Shown here piece by piece: positions 39,414 through 48,965 of a stretch of DNA of 64,000 nt; positions within the stretch are counted from its first letter, which is position 1; each line of letters begins with the position of its first letter. The notes beneath the pieces were generated by a model. It was not told where the DNA came from. It did no database searches and saw only the letters and a program-made list of their open reading frames with translations. Source of the DNA: Gemmatimonadota bacterium (lineage in GTDB: Bacteria; Gemmatimonadota; Gemmatimonadetes; Palauibacterales; Palauibacteraceae); the NCBI GenBank assembly GCA_963666735.1, contig OY762926.1:896001-960000 (forward strand), in the 5' to 3' direction. The position numbers were made by a program, and so were the translations under genes.

Positions 39414-40276
39414 GCCGCCCTGTAGTCGTAGAAGCCGCGCCCGGTCTTCCGGCCCAGCCTCCCGGCGGCGACGTACTTCGCGAGCAGCGGACACGGGCGG
39501 TACTTGGAGTCGCCGAGTTCCGCGTGCAGGACGCGCATGATCGCGAGGCACGTGTCCAGTCCGATGAGGTCGGCGAGCGCGAGCGGTCCCATGGGATGGT
39601 TCATGCCGAGCTTCATCACGGTGTCCACCGCCTCGGCCTCCGCCACCCCCTCCAGGAGGCAATACACGGCTTCGTTGATCATCGGCATAAGGATCCGGTT
39701 GGCGACGAAGCCCGGATAGTCGTTCGCCAGGACCGCCGTCTTCGAGAGCCGCTCGCAGAGGCCAAGGGTGAGGTCGATCGTGTCGCCGGAGGTCTCGAGC
39801 CCGCGGATCACCTCGACCAGACGCATGACGGGCACGGGGTTCATGAAGTGCATCCCGATCACGCGCCTCGGGTCGCCGGCGTGCGAGGCGATGCGGGTGA
39901 TCGAAATCGAACTCGTGTTCGAGGCAAGGAGGGTTTCCGGACTCACGACGGCGGACAGTTCCTCGAACAGCCGGAACTTGAGCGTCGGATCCTCGCTGGC
40001 GGCCTCGACGACGACTTCCGCGTCTGCGAGCGCCGTCAACGACCGCTCCGCCGCGATCCGCCCGAGCGCCGCATCGGCCTCTCCGGCGGAGATCCGGTCC
40101 CGGCGGACCTGGCGCGCGAGGTTTCGCTCGATGGAGGCGCGCGCCCGGTCGAGCACGTCCGGGGCCACGTCCACGAGGCGGACCTCGACGCCGGCGACTG
40201 CGAAGACGTGGGCGATGCCGCTCCCCATCGTACCCGCACCGACGACGCCGACCCGCGATATCTCAGACGCTCGCAT
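39410..40276 (-). CDS. hbd: 3-hydroxybutyryl-CoA dehydrogenase
   Basis: [30 protein letters not shown] and HPMGPL..DLIGLD. Confidence 0.93.
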   Translation of the reverse strand: MRASEISRVGVVGAGTMGSGIAHVFAVAGVEVRLVDVAPDVLDRARASIERNLARQVRRDRISAGEADAALGRIAAERSLTALADAEVVVEAASEDPTLKFRLFEELSAVVSPETLLASNTSSISITRIASHAGDPRRVIGMHFMNPVPVMRLVEVIRGLETSGDTIDLTLGLCERLSKTAVLANDYPGFVANRILMPMINEAVYCLLEGVAEAEAVDTVMKLGMNHPMGPLALADLIGLDTCLAIMRVLHAELGDSKYRPCPLLAKYVAAGRLGRKTGRGFYDYRAA

Positions 40277-41168
40277 CGAGGCTCCCAAAGTTGTCGCCCG
40301 CGCCTGCCGCCGTCGTCGACGCCCGGGCGCCGGAGCGGCCTCCCGGTCCCGCGACCCGCCAGAGCCAGATGGTCCCCAGCGCGGTCACGAACGTGATCAT
40401 CAGCGCACCCTCGGGCCCGAAGGCGCCGCCTGTCCAGAGTGCCGGCCCCGTGACGGCGGCTTCGAGGCCGGAGATCGATACGTCGATCCCGCTCACGGGC
40501 AGACCGCTCGCCGCCATGATCCAGTTCCATCCGAAGTGGAGGCCCGTGACGAACCACAGGCTTCCCGAGCGCCAGTACGCCACGCCGAGCAACACGCCGG
40601 CAAGGGTCAGGTTGACCAGCGCCAGCGGGGTCACTCCCGGGTTGGCGCCGTGCATGAGGCCGAACGCCACGGAGGTCGCGAGCACGGCGGGGACGGGCCC
40701 GAACCGGAGGTGGAGGACGCGGAAGGGATACCCCCGGAAGAGGAGTTCCTCCGTGAACGCGGCCCCCAGCAGGAGGGCCGAGACCTTCACGCCCGCGAGG
40801 AGGGGCGCGCCTGACGCGGTCCACGAGACCCAGCCCGGTGCGGCCAGAGCGAGAATCGCGGCGCCGATGATCGCGAAGCCGGCCAGCACGCCGGAGCCGA
40901 GCTCCGCGAGGCCCGGAACCCCGCGCCTCAACCCGAGCGCGGATGGCGGGCGCCTGTCGATGCGGACCGTCAGCAGCCAAGTGACCGCACACGCCGCGAG
41001 CAGCACGGGCGTGACGGTCCCCCAGCCGATGGACGGCGTCATGCCGATGCCGAGAAGGCCGGCGATGCTCGCGGTCGCGAACCCGAACACGAGTCCGAAG
41101 GCGATGAAGAGACCGGCGAAGGCCGCCAGCCGCCCAGCCCAGGCCCAGCCTTGGGGCTTGACGTTCAT
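40263..41168 (-). CDS. CPBP/Abi (CAAX-type) intramembrane metalloprotease
   Basis: EELLFRG, FGLMH and HFGWN motifs in a multi-TM protein. Confidence 0.9.
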   Translation of the reverse strand: MNVKPQGWAWAGRLAAFAGLFIAFGLVFGFATASIAGLLGIGMTPSIGWGTVTPVLLAACAVTWLLTVRIDRRPPSALGLRRGVPGLAELGSGVLAGFAIIGAAILALAAPGWVSWTASGAPLLAGVKVSALLLGAAFTEELLFRGYPFRVLHLRFGPVPAVLATSVAFGLMHGANPGVTPLALVNLTLAGVLLGVAYWRSGSLWFVTGLHFGWNWIMAASGLPVSGIDVSISGLEAAVTGPALWTGGAFGPEGALMITFVTALGTIWLWRVAGPGGRSGARASTTAAGAGDNFGSLDASV

Positions 41169-42376
41169 CGCCGCTCCACGCTCAGCGCGACGGCGTTGCC
41201 CCCGCCCAGACACAGAGTGGCCATCCCCCGCTCGACGTCACGGTCCCGCATGGCGTAGAGGAGCGTCGTGAGGATCTTCGCGCCCGAAGCCCCGATCGGG
41301 TGGCCGAGGGCGATCGCCCCGCCACGGACATTCACGCGCTCGAGATCCAGTCCCAACGCGCGGGCATCCGCCAGACACTGCACGGCGAACGCCTCGTTCA
41401 TCTCCACGAGTCCGTAGTCGGCGACGACCGTCCCATCGAGCGTCATGAGCTTGCGCACGGCGGCGACGGGCGCGAAGAAGAGATCGCGAGGCGCCGTCGC
41501 GCCCACGGAATAGGCCCGGATCCGCCCCAGGATCGGAAGCCCGTGCGCCGTGGCATACGCTTCGGACGTCACGAGCGTGGCCGCGCCCCCATCGTTGAGC
41601 CCGGGAGCGTTTCCGGCCGTGACGCTGGGCTCGGTCACCTCCGGGGGTGCATCTCCGGCAAAGGCGGGCCTCAGCTTTGCGAGCGCCTCGAGCGATGTGC
41701 CGCGCCGCGGAGGCTCGTCCGCCTCGATCGTCACGGTTCCCTTGCGAGTCTCGATGTGGACCGGGACGACCTCCTCGGCGAATTCCCCCCCATCGATCGC
41801 ATGGATCGCCTTCTCATGGCTGCCGAGCGCGTAGGCGTCCTGGTCCTCGCGGCTCACGCCCGCCTTGTGGGCGGTGTACTCGGCGTGGCCGCCCATGTGG
41901 CAGGTACCGAAGGCGCACCACAGACCATCGTGTACGAGGCCGTCGACGAGCGGCCGGTCCCCGAACTTCACGCCCTCCCGGTGTCCCCGGAGGTAATAGG
42001 GAGCGTTCGACATCGACTCCATCCCGCCGGCCACCACGACCCGGGCGTCGCCGGCCTTGATCGCCTGCGCCGCCAGCATGACGGCTTTCAGGCCGGAGCC
42101 GCAGACCTTGTTCACCGTCACCGCCGGGACCGTCACGGGCACCCCGCCCCGGATCGCCGCCTGGCGGGCGGGCGCCTGCCCGACGCCTGCCTGCACGACA
42201 TTCCCCATGATCACATCGTCGATTTCCTCCGGGTCGACGCCGGCCCGGTCGACCGCCGCCGAGATCGCGAGACCGCCGAGATCCGGGGCCGCGAAGGAGG
42301 AGAGACCGCCCATGAAGCGACCCGTGGGGAGTCGCGCCGCGGAGACGATGACCGGAACTCTGTTGTTATCGCTCAT
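41165..42376 (-). CDS. Acetyl-CoA C-acyltransferase (thiolase)
   Basis: [27 protein letters not shown] and CLGGG. Confidence 0.96.
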   Translation of the reverse strand: MSDNNRVPVIVSAARLPTGRFMGGLSSFAAPDLGGLAISAAVDRAGVDPEEIDDVIMGNVVQAGVGQAPARQAAIRGGVPVTVPAVTVNKVCGSGLKAVMLAAQAIKAGDARVVVAGGMESMSNAPYYLRGHREGVKFGDRPLVDGLVHDGLWCAFGTCHMGGHAEYTAHKAGVSREDQDAYALGSHEKAIHAIDGGEFAEEVVPVHIETRKGTVTIEADEPPRRGTSLEALAKLRPAFAGDAPPEVTEPSVTAGNAPGLNDGGAATLVTSEAYATAHGLPILGRIRAYSVGATAPRDLFFAPVAAVRKLMTLDGTVVADYGLVEMNEAFAVQCLADARALGLDLERVNVRGGAIALGHPIGASGAKILTTLLYAMRDRDVERGMATLCLGGGNAVALSVERR

Positions 42377-43305
42377 GTTCTATCGCTCATGCCGTCGTTC
42401 GAGCTGTTATCGCCCTTATCGTGCGGTTCGTGCGGTCCATGCTGTTCGGAATTACGACCCCGCCGCTTGCCGCGCCCGCGCTGCGGAACCGGCCCGAGGG
42501 CCCTTCGGAGCGCGGGCCACGTCGTCCAGCCGCGTCGCTCCGCGTCCTCGAGCATGCGGACGAGGATGCGCGCCGTCGCGACCGCGTCGCCCCGGGCGCG
42601 GTGGCGCTCGCGGATCTCGATCCCGTAGTAGTCGGCGACCGAGTCCAGGCCTCGACGCTCGAGCCCCGGTAGCAGTCGACGCGCCATGTGGATCGTGCAC
42701 AGACGAGGTCCGCGCGGGATACCGGCCCCCGCCCGCCGCATCTCGGCATGCAGGAAGCCCCAATCGTACGCCGCGTTATGTGCGACGAAAACCCGGCCAC
42801 GGAGGTGCTCGCGCACCGGATCGCAGATCTGCGAAAAACTCGGCGCGCCGTGCGTCATTTCCGTGCGGATGCCGGTGAGGCGCGTGATCCACGGCGGAAT
42901 CGTCGCGCCCGCGTCCACGAGCGTCGAATAGCAGCCCCCGATGGCCCCGCGATCCACGTCCACGATCGCGATCTCCACCACCCGGCCATTCTGCCCCGCG
43001 ACCCCGCCGTTCGTCTCGACGTCCACGACCGCGTATCGGAGGTCGCGCAGCCGTCTGGCCGCCGGCTTCCGGGCCCGCCGTGCCGCCGCGGCCAGCCGCC
43101 AGACATCGCCGCGCTCCCCGTTGCGGGCCACCTCGGGGATCCCTTCGAGCAACTGTGCAACGAGCCGGCGGGCCATGGCCGGCGGACACCCGTGCACCCC
43201 GAGGACCTCGGCCGCGAGATCCACCGACGAGCGGGGACCGTCCTCGAGACGACGCAGCGCCTTGCGCACCAGCACCCCATCGCGCGCGAAGTGCAACCCC
43301 GTCAC
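42373..43305 (-). CDS. DEDDh 3'-5' exonuclease (DnaQ/Pol III epsilon-like) with N-terminal extension
   Basis: ExoI VDVET, ExoII AHNAAYD and ExoIII HRARGDA. Confidence 0.9.
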   Translation of the reverse strand: MTGLHFARDGVLVRKALRRLEDGPRSSVDLAAEVLGVHGCPPAMARRLVAQLLEGIPEVARNGERGDVWRLAAAARRARKPAARRLRDLRYAVVDVETNGGVAGQNGRVVEIAIVDVDRGAIGGCYSTLVDAGATIPPWITRLTGIRTEMTHGAPSFSQICDPVREHLRGRVFVAHNAAYDWGFLHAEMRRAGAGIPRGPRLCTIHMARRLLPGLERRGLDSVADYYGIEIRERHRARGDAVATARILVRMLEDAERRGWTTWPALRRALGPVPQRGRGKRRGRNSEQHGPHEPHDKGDNSSNDGMSDRT

Positions 43306-43949
43306 GCGCCGCTCCCGGCACGCCGACCCTCCTCGGACATCAGGTAGCTCAAGCCTTCCAGTTCGAGCACGATGTCCACCGTCCGGATCGGCACCCCGTT
43401 CACCTCGGAGAGTTCGATCGGCGCGAAGTTGAGGATCGCCCCTACGCCCGCGTGCTCGAGTTCCGCGGCGATCTCGGCGGCCACCTCCGTGGGGGTCGCG
43501 ACGACCCCGATCTCCGCCCCGCGCTCCGCGATGACCGGCCGGAGGTCCGTCATGGGACGAATCCTGAGCCCGTGGGCCCGCGTCCCGATTTTCGCCTCGT
43601 CGACGTCGAAGGCCGCGACGACATCGAATCCGCGCGCCGCCAGCCCGCCGTACCCGAGGAGGGCGGACCCGATCTTCCCGACACCCACCAGCGCGAGCCT
43701 CCAGCTGCGCGAGAGCCCGAGGATCTTCTCCAGCGCCCGCACGAGTCCCTCGACCGAGTATCCGCGCCCGCGCTTCCCGAACGAGCCGAAGTGGCTCAGA
43801 TCTTTCCGGACCTGGGCCGAGGTGGCCCCTGAAGGTTCGGCAAGCTGCGAACTGGACACGAACTCGAGGCCGGCTCGTTCAAGGTCGCGCAACATGCGGA
43901 GATACAGGGAGAGGCGCCGAACCGTCGAATCGGAAATTCTGCCGCTCAT
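43302..43949 (-). CDS. rex: Redox-sensing transcriptional repressor Rex
   Basis: STVRRLSLYLR, QVRKDLSHFG.FGKRGRGY, GVGKIG and ILNFAP. Start trimmed to ATG 43949. Confidence 0.96.
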   Translation of the reverse strand: MSGRISDSTVRRLSLYLRMLRDLERAGLEFVSSSQLAEPSGATSAQVRKDLSHFGSFGKRGRGYSVEGLVRALEKILGLSRSWRLALVGVGKIGSALLGYGGLAARGFDVVAAFDVDEAKIGTRAHGLRIRPMTDLRPVIAERGAEIGVVATPTEVAAEIAAELEHAGVGAILNFAPIELSEVNGVPIRTVDIVLELEGLSYLMSEEGRRAGSGA

Positions 43950-43957
43950 GCCTACCC

Positions 43958-43975
43958 TTGTGAAAGGTTTCACAA
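43958..43975. promoter_or_regulatory. Rex operator (ROP)
   Basis: Perfect TTGTGAA-N4-TTCACAA (TTGTGAAAGGTTTCACAA) 8 bp upstream of the rex ATG. Confidence 0.93.
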
Positions 43976-43978
43976 ACC

Positions 43979-44007
43979 AAGATAGGGCCGGCCCGCGCTC
44001 AACTCAA
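43979..44007 (-). promoter_or_regulatory. Sigma70-type promoter of the rex operon
   Basis: TTGAGT (44007-44002), 17 nt spacer, TATCTT (43984-43979). The predicted start site falls inside the Rex box. Confidence 0.72.
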
Positions 44008-44840
44008 CGCGACCCGCCACCTCCCTGTCTCGCCTGAAGCGCCGCCGCCAGGCGCACGAGGGTCGGGGGATCCAGCATCTCGGGCCGCACCGCGGGATCG
44101 ATCGAGAGTTGTGCCAATACCGCCTCCACATCTCCCGCGAAGCTCAGCTCCGGAGCCGTGCGCAGCGTCTTCTGCAGTTGCTTTCGGCGGCGGTTGAAAC
44201 ACGCGCGCGTCAACGTCCGGAGCGCCGCACGGTCCACGGCGGCGGCATCGGGCCGCGGTTCCAGGCGAACCACGGCCGAATCGACCGCGGGGACGGGCCT
44301 GAACGCCTGGCGGCCCACCCGGAAGGCGAGCGAGGCGCCCGCAATCGCCTGCACGCCGACGGAGAGCGCGCCGTACGCCTTGATGCCCGGCGGCGCGACG
44401 ATCCGCTCCGCCACTTCCCTCTGGACCGTGAGCACAATACGGATGGCCGCCGGATCGAGTGCGAGAAAGGCGAAGACGAGCGGCGACGTGATGTTGTAGG
44501 GGACGTTCGACACCACGCGCACCGCAGTGGCCTCCCGCACGAACTCCGAGAGTTCAAGGCGAAGCGCGTCGCCTTCGACGACATCCACGTCCGGCCGGTC
44601 CCCCCAGCGGTCGCGGAGCCCGGCCGCAAGGTCGCGATCCTTCTCGATGAGGATGAGGCGGCGGCAACCGCCGACGAGGTATTGGCTCAGCTCTCCGTGC
44701 CCCGGTCCGACCTCGAGCACGACATCCGCGCGCTGCGGGTCGAGTTCCCGCACGATCTTGCGCTGGATGTTCGGGTCGACCAGGAAGTTCTGGCCGAGCG
44801 CGCGCTTCGGCCGGGGGCGCCCGGCCTTCCCCGCGGTCAC
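44004..44840 (-). CDS. rsmA: 16S rRNA adenine dimethyltransferase
   Basis: LGQNFL, EVGPGHG, SNVPYNI, QREVAERI and RRKQL. Confidence 0.96.
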   Translation of the reverse strand: MTAGKAGRPRPKRALGQNFLVDPNIQRKIVRELDPQRADVVLEVGPGHGELSQYLVGGCRRLILIEKDRDLAAGLRDRWGDRPDVDVVEGDALRLELSEFVREATAVRVVSNVPYNITSPLVFAFLALDPAAIRIVLTVQREVAERIVAPPGIKAYGALSVGVQAIAGASLAFRVGRQAFRPVPAVDSAVVRLEPRPDAAAVDRAALRTLTRACFNRRRKQLQKTLRTAPELSFAGDVEAVLAQLSIDPAVRPEMLDPPTLVRLAAALQARQGGGGSR

Positions 44841-46642
44841 AGCGAAGCCGCGACGGCCGTCCGGTCGTCCAGCCGCATCTCGTCATCGCTGTCCGCGAAG
44901 AGAGCGGCCACGAGAACTTCGGGATCGAGATCCCCCCGGTCGATTCGCCTCCGAACGCGGGCATCCGGAGTTTCGAGGGGGTCGCTGAGTTCGGCGAGGC
45001 CGTCGGTGAACGCCAGCAGCGTTTCGCCCGCGGACGGAATCCGTGCCTGCCGGTACGACCGGACCGGGGCGACGCCGACCGGGGGATCGAGCGCGCCGAG
45101 ACGGCGTATCCCTTCGGATCCGAGCAGATACGCGTACGGGTGGCCCGCGTTCGCGTAGCGCAGTTCTCCGCGCCCGGGATCGATGACTCCGTAGAAGAGC
45201 GTCATGTACATCTCGGTCGCGTCGAGCGCCGCCCGGAGCTGCCCGTGCATGGCGTCCAGGACGGCCGCGGGCTCGGCCTCGACCCCCGTCGCCAGGACCA
45301 CCGCACTCAGCGTGCGGGCCATGATGAGCGCGGCGGAGGGACCATGCGAACTCACGTCGCCAAGCATGACGCCCAGGCATCCGCCGGCGAGCCGGACGAG
45401 GTAATAGAAATCGCCTCCCAGGGAGAGCGCCGGATCGCAGCGGGCGGCGATCCGTCCGAGATCGCGGAAGTCCTCCGGGGGCGGCAGCAGTTTCAGTTGC
45501 AGGTCCCGGGCAATCTCCAGCTCGGCCAGTACCCGCTCGCGGCGCAACCGTCGCGCGAGGAGCCGCTCCCGCGACTGTTCGCCCTCGGCCACGGCGCCGA
45601 TCCAGCCCGCGAGCAGCGTCGCGGCGGCATCGCCCCTGCTCGCCGGCTCGTGGACCAGGCGCAGCCGTCCCGCATCGCCCAGCGGCCACGTCTCCCGAAC
45701 CTCCGGCGGACCGTTCGACTCCTCGTCATTCTCCCAGCTGTCGAACAGCACCTGTGAACCGTCCTCGAACAGCCGGTCGAGCCGAAATCTGAGACCGGTG
45801 ACGTCCGCGAAGCGTCTCAGGAGAGGTTCGATCCTGACCAGAGGATCCGGCGCGCCCCGGAACGAGAGCGTGACCCTGTTGCCCGTCTCGTTGAACGCAA
45901 CGCCATCCGCGAGCTGCCTCAGAAGGAAGAGGCCGCGCCCCCGGGGCCGGCCGATGCCTTCCGCCGAGACGGGGTCCGGCACGGCATCGGGGTCGAACCC
46001 GCTTCCCTCGTCCGAGACCTTTACGCGCAGACCGTCCGGGTACGTCTTCGCCGTCACTCGCACGACGGCGCCGGGACGGTCCCCGCTCCCGTAGAGGATC
46101 GCGTTGGCCACCGCCTCGCCGAGCGTGACCCGGAGCCGGAACGCCGTCTCGCTGTCCAGATCGGCGAGGTGCCGACAGGCCACGACGACCCGCTCCACCA
46201 CGGCGCGCTGGTAGCGCACGCTCGACGGAAACACGACGCGTATGCGCCCCGATTCGTCGACATCCAGGTTCAGGTCGGGCGCTTCGGCGGGCGAGGTGTG
46301 TTTCTGCCACACGAGCCCGAGTTCGGCGGCGTTGAGAGGATAGAAGAGGTAGTCGGTCCAATCCTCCGCCAGCGCCGAACCCAGACGATCGACCCATGCC
46401 CCGTCGATGAGCGCCACGAGAGCGGCCGTGGCGCCGAAGCGTCGTTGCAGATACGGCATCGTTGCACGCGGCTCGGCGATGTCCACCAGAACGAGATCCG
46501 TCGGGAGCACCGCCAGGGGGCGCCCGAAGAGCCCCCTCACCTCGGGAGGCGGATCGATCTCGGCGGCGGCGTCCGCCACGGCCTGAAGAATGTCCGGCCG
46601 GCTGGAAAGGACCAGGATGCGCGCCGGGTCGCCGTCCTTCAT
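44837..46642 (-). CDS. Fusion of receiver-like N-terminus, RsbW-type anti-sigma kinase and SpoIIE/PP2C phosphatase
   Basis: Kinase motifs EAVANAILYG, DEGSGFD and GRGLFL. PP2C motifs GGDFY, GDVSSHG, NAGHP, FTDGL and DDRT. One continuous ORF. Confidence 0.88.
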   Translation of the reverse strand: MKDGDPARILVLSSRPDILQAVADAAAEIDPPPEVRGLFGRPLAVLPTDLVLVDIAEPRATMPYLQRRFGATAALVALIDGAWVDRLGSALAEDWTDYLFYPLNAAELGLVWQKHTSPAEAPDLNLDVDESGRIRVVFPSSVRYQRAVVERVVVACRHLADLDSETAFRLRVTLGEAVANAILYGSGDRPGAVVRVTAKTYPDGLRVKVSDEGSGFDPDAVPDPVSAEGIGRPRGRGLFLLRQLADGVAFNETGNRVTLSFRGAPDPLVRIEPLLRRFADVTGLRFRLDRLFEDGSQVLFDSWENDEESNGPPEVRETWPLGDAGRLRLVHEPASRGDAAATLLAGWIGAVAEGEQSRERLLARRLRRERVLAELEIARDLQLKLLPPPEDFRDLGRIAARCDPALSLGGDFYYLVRLAGGCLGVMLGDVSSHGPSAALIMARTLSAVVLATGVEAEPAAVLDAMHGQLRAALDATEMYMTLFYGVIDPGRGELRYANAGHPYAYLLGSEGIRRLGALDPPVGVAPVRSYRQARIPSAGETLLAFTDGLAELSDPLETPDARVRRRIDRGDLDPEVLVAALFADSDDEMRLDDRTAVAASL

Positions 46643-46646
46643 TCCA

Positions 46647-46668
46647 GACTCATTGCGGACTCATTGCG
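46647..46668. repeat. Perfect 11-bp tandem duplication upstream of the kinase/phosphatase start
   Basis: GACTCATTGCG x2. Confidence 0.85.
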
Positions 46669-46683
46669 GCACTGCGACTCGGG

Positions 46684-47016
46684 TCAGGACTCGCCGAGCG
46701 CGGCTGCCCTGGACTCGACGATTTCGAACAGCGAATCCAGTCTGGTCAGGGCGAAGAGACGCTGCAGATCCTCGTTCAGCCCCGCCAGCGTCAGGCGGCC
46801 CCCCGCGTCGCGGATGTGCTTGGAGAGACTGACGAGTACCCCCAAACCGGAGGAATCGATGTAGTCGGCCTCGCTGAAATCGATCACGAAGTCGGTGTCC
46901 CCATCGGCGACGCGCGCGAGCACGCGCTCCTTGAATTCGCCGCGGTTGTTGATCGTGAGCTGGCCGCCCACGGCGACGAGGGTACTGGTGCCCAACGTTT
47001 CGATCGAAAACGTCAT
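46684..47016 (-). CDS. STAS-domain anti-sigma factor antagonist (RsbV/SpoIIAA-like)
   Basis: IDFSEADYIDSSGLGVLV and LFALTRLD. ATG 47016 overlaps the pta stop. Confidence 0.93.
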   Translation of the reverse strand: MTFSIETLGTSTLVAVGGQLTINNRGEFKERVLARVADGDTDFVIDFSEADYIDSSGLGVLVSLSKHIRDAGGRLTLAGLNEDLQRLFALTRLDSLFEIVESRAAALGES

Positions 47017-47867
47017 CCTTCGCTCCCGGGTGACATGAGGGCCGTGATACAAGCGACATCCACGATATCGGAGACGGAGGCGCCGCGGGAGAGGTCGTTC
47101 AGCGGCCGCCGCAATCCCTGGAGGATCGGCCCCAGAGCGCGCGCTCCGCCGAGCCGCTCGATCAGCTTGTAGGCGATGTTCGCAGCGTCGAGGCCGGGAA
47201 AGACGAGCAGGTTCGCGCGGCCGGCGACCGGAGATCCGGGAGCCTTCAACGCCGCGACGGGCGGGACGAGCGCCGCATCGGCCTGCAGTTCCCCGTCCGC
47301 CGCGATTTCGGGTCGGCGGCGGCGGAAGTTGTCCAGCGCCTCCCGCACATGCTCGACCGCCGGCCCCGCAGCGGAGCCGAGAGTGGAATACGAGAGAAAC
47401 GCGACGACCGGTTCCTCTCCCGCAACGGCTCGGTGCGCGTCGCAGGCCGCCGAAGCGCTTTCCGCCATCTGGGCCGGGGTTGGCGCCGGGACGACGGCGG
47501 TGTCCGTGAGGGTGAGCACCCGCTCGCCGGGAGCGGGAAAGACCATGTGGAACGCGGCGGAGACCGTCTCAACCCCGTCGGCCAGGCCGACGAACCGCAG
47601 GCCGGCCCGGATGACGTCCGCCGTCGCGTGCACGGCACCCGCCACGACCCCGTCCAGTTCCCCCGCCGCGAGGCGTTGCGCCGCATGCGCGAGGCCGTCC
47701 GCGTCGACGCCGGTCTCGACAGGGCGCACCCACTTCTCCTCCCGCAGCCGGCGAATCGCCAAGGCGGTGCGGGCCTCGTCCGCTTCCGGAAAGCCGATGC
47801 GCCGCTCGAGGGTGGCGGCCCGCGCCCTCAGCCCGTCGACGAAACGGGGCCGGGTCGGCGGGGTCAC
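47013..47867 (-). CDS. pta: Phosphate acetyl/butyryltransferase (short form)
   Basis: FPEAD, FLSYSTLGS, DGELQADAA, NIAYKL and GPILQG...NDLSRG. Confidence 0.87.
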   Translation of the reverse strand: MTPPTRPRFVDGLRARAATLERRIGFPEADEARTALAIRRLREEKWVRPVETGVDADGLAHAAQRLAAGELDGVVAGAVHATADVIRAGLRFVGLADGVETVSAAFHMVFPAPGERVLTLTDTAVVPAPTPAQMAESASAACDAHRAVAGEEPVVAFLSYSTLGSAAGPAVEHVREALDNFRRRRPEIAADGELQADAALVPPVAALKAPGSPVAGRANLLVFPGLDAANIAYKLIERLGGARALGPILQGLRRPLNDLSRGASVSDIVDVACITALMSPGSEG

Positions 47868-48365
47868 CTACGCGTCGCGCCCGAACACGCGGTCCATGCG
47901 GGCCTTCACGATCGGACTCACGAAGTCCGTCACATCGCCGCCCAGGCGTCCGACTTCGCGCACGAGCGAGGAACTCAGGAACGTGTGGCGCGTGGAGGGC
48001 GCCATGAAGAGCACTTCGACTTCGGGCCAGAGCGAGCGGTTCATGAGCGCCATCTGAAACTCGTACTCGAAGTCGCTCACGGCCCGCAGCCCGCGGACGA
48101 TGATCCGGGCCTTGCGGGAGCGCGCAAAATCCACGAGCAGGCCGGAGAAGGAGGTCGCCTCGACCCTGGGTTCGTCCGCGAACACTTCGCGGATCAGGTC
48201 GACGCGTTCCTCGATCTGGAACAGCCCCGACTTGACCTGTGTGGCCGTCTCCGCCACGGCGACGATCAGCCGGTCCACGATCCCCAGGCTCCTGCGCACG
48301 ATGTCCTCGTGTCCGACCGTCAGCGGGTCGAAAGACCCCGGGTACACGGCGACGGCATTGTTCAT
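47868..48365 (-). CDS. coaD: Pantetheine-phosphate adenylyltransferase
   Basis: YPGSFDPLTVGH, RGLRAVSDFEYE and SSSLVRE. Confidence 0.98.
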   Translation of the reverse strand: MNNAVAVYPGSFDPLTVGHEDIVRRSLGIVDRLIVAVAETATQVKSGLFQIEERVDLIREVFADEPRVEATSFSGLLVDFARSRKARIIVRGLRAVSDFEYEFQMALMNRSLWPEVEVLFMAPSTRHTFLSSSLVREVGRLGGDVTDFVSPIVKARMDRVFGRDA

Positions 48366-48376
48366 CGAGTTCCCCG

Positions 48377-48952
48377 TCAGAGTGTTCGGGTTGACGCGAC
48401 GGCCGGGGGCCGGAACCGGCTGACGCAGGTATCACCGTATTCCCGCGTCCAGTCGGCCGCCGCCGCCCATTCGGCGTCCGGACCGTGCTCGACCCACAGC
48501 TGCGAGGCGAACGGACGGGCCCGGAAGCGCTCGACCAGGCGTGCGCCGCCGCTGGAAGCATACGGTGGATCGGCGAAGACCAGATCGAGAAGCGCGCCCG
48601 GGCCGGCCGCGCCGCCGGGTGTGTCGCGACGGGCGACCCAGGCGATCGCATCATCCCGGACCACCTGCGATCGGCCCGAAAGATCGAGCGTCGCGACGTT
48701 GCGGCGCAGCAGCGCCACCGCTCGACGATCCGACTCGACAAAATGGACGTGCGCCGCACCCCGCGACAACGCTTCGATTCCCAGAGCCCCGGAGCCGGCG
48801 TAGAGGTCGGCGACCCGGGCGCCATCGACATCGCCGGCGAGCGCGGAAAACCAGGCCTCCCTGACGCGCTCGGCCGTGGGACGGGTGCGCCGCCCACGGG
48901 GGGCGTCGATGAAGCGGCCGCCCAGGTCGCCCGCGATGATGCGAAGCCTCAA
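48377..48952 (-). CDS. rsmD: 16S rRNA m2G966 methyltransferase
   Basis: RIIAG, TRPT..VREA.F, DLYAGSGALGIEALSRGA and DPPY. Start trimmed to TTG 48952. Confidence 0.93.
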   Translation of the reverse strand: MRLRIIAGDLGGRFIDAPRGRRTRPTAERVREAWFSALAGDVDGARVADLYAGSGALGIEALSRGAAHVHFVESDRRAVALLRRNVATLDLSGRSQVVRDDAIAWVARRDTPGGAAGPGALLDLVFADPPYASSGGARLVERFRARPFASQLWVEHGPDAEWAAAADWTREYGDTCVSRFRPPAVASTRTL

Positions 48953-48965
48953 CTGACGGGGCGCG

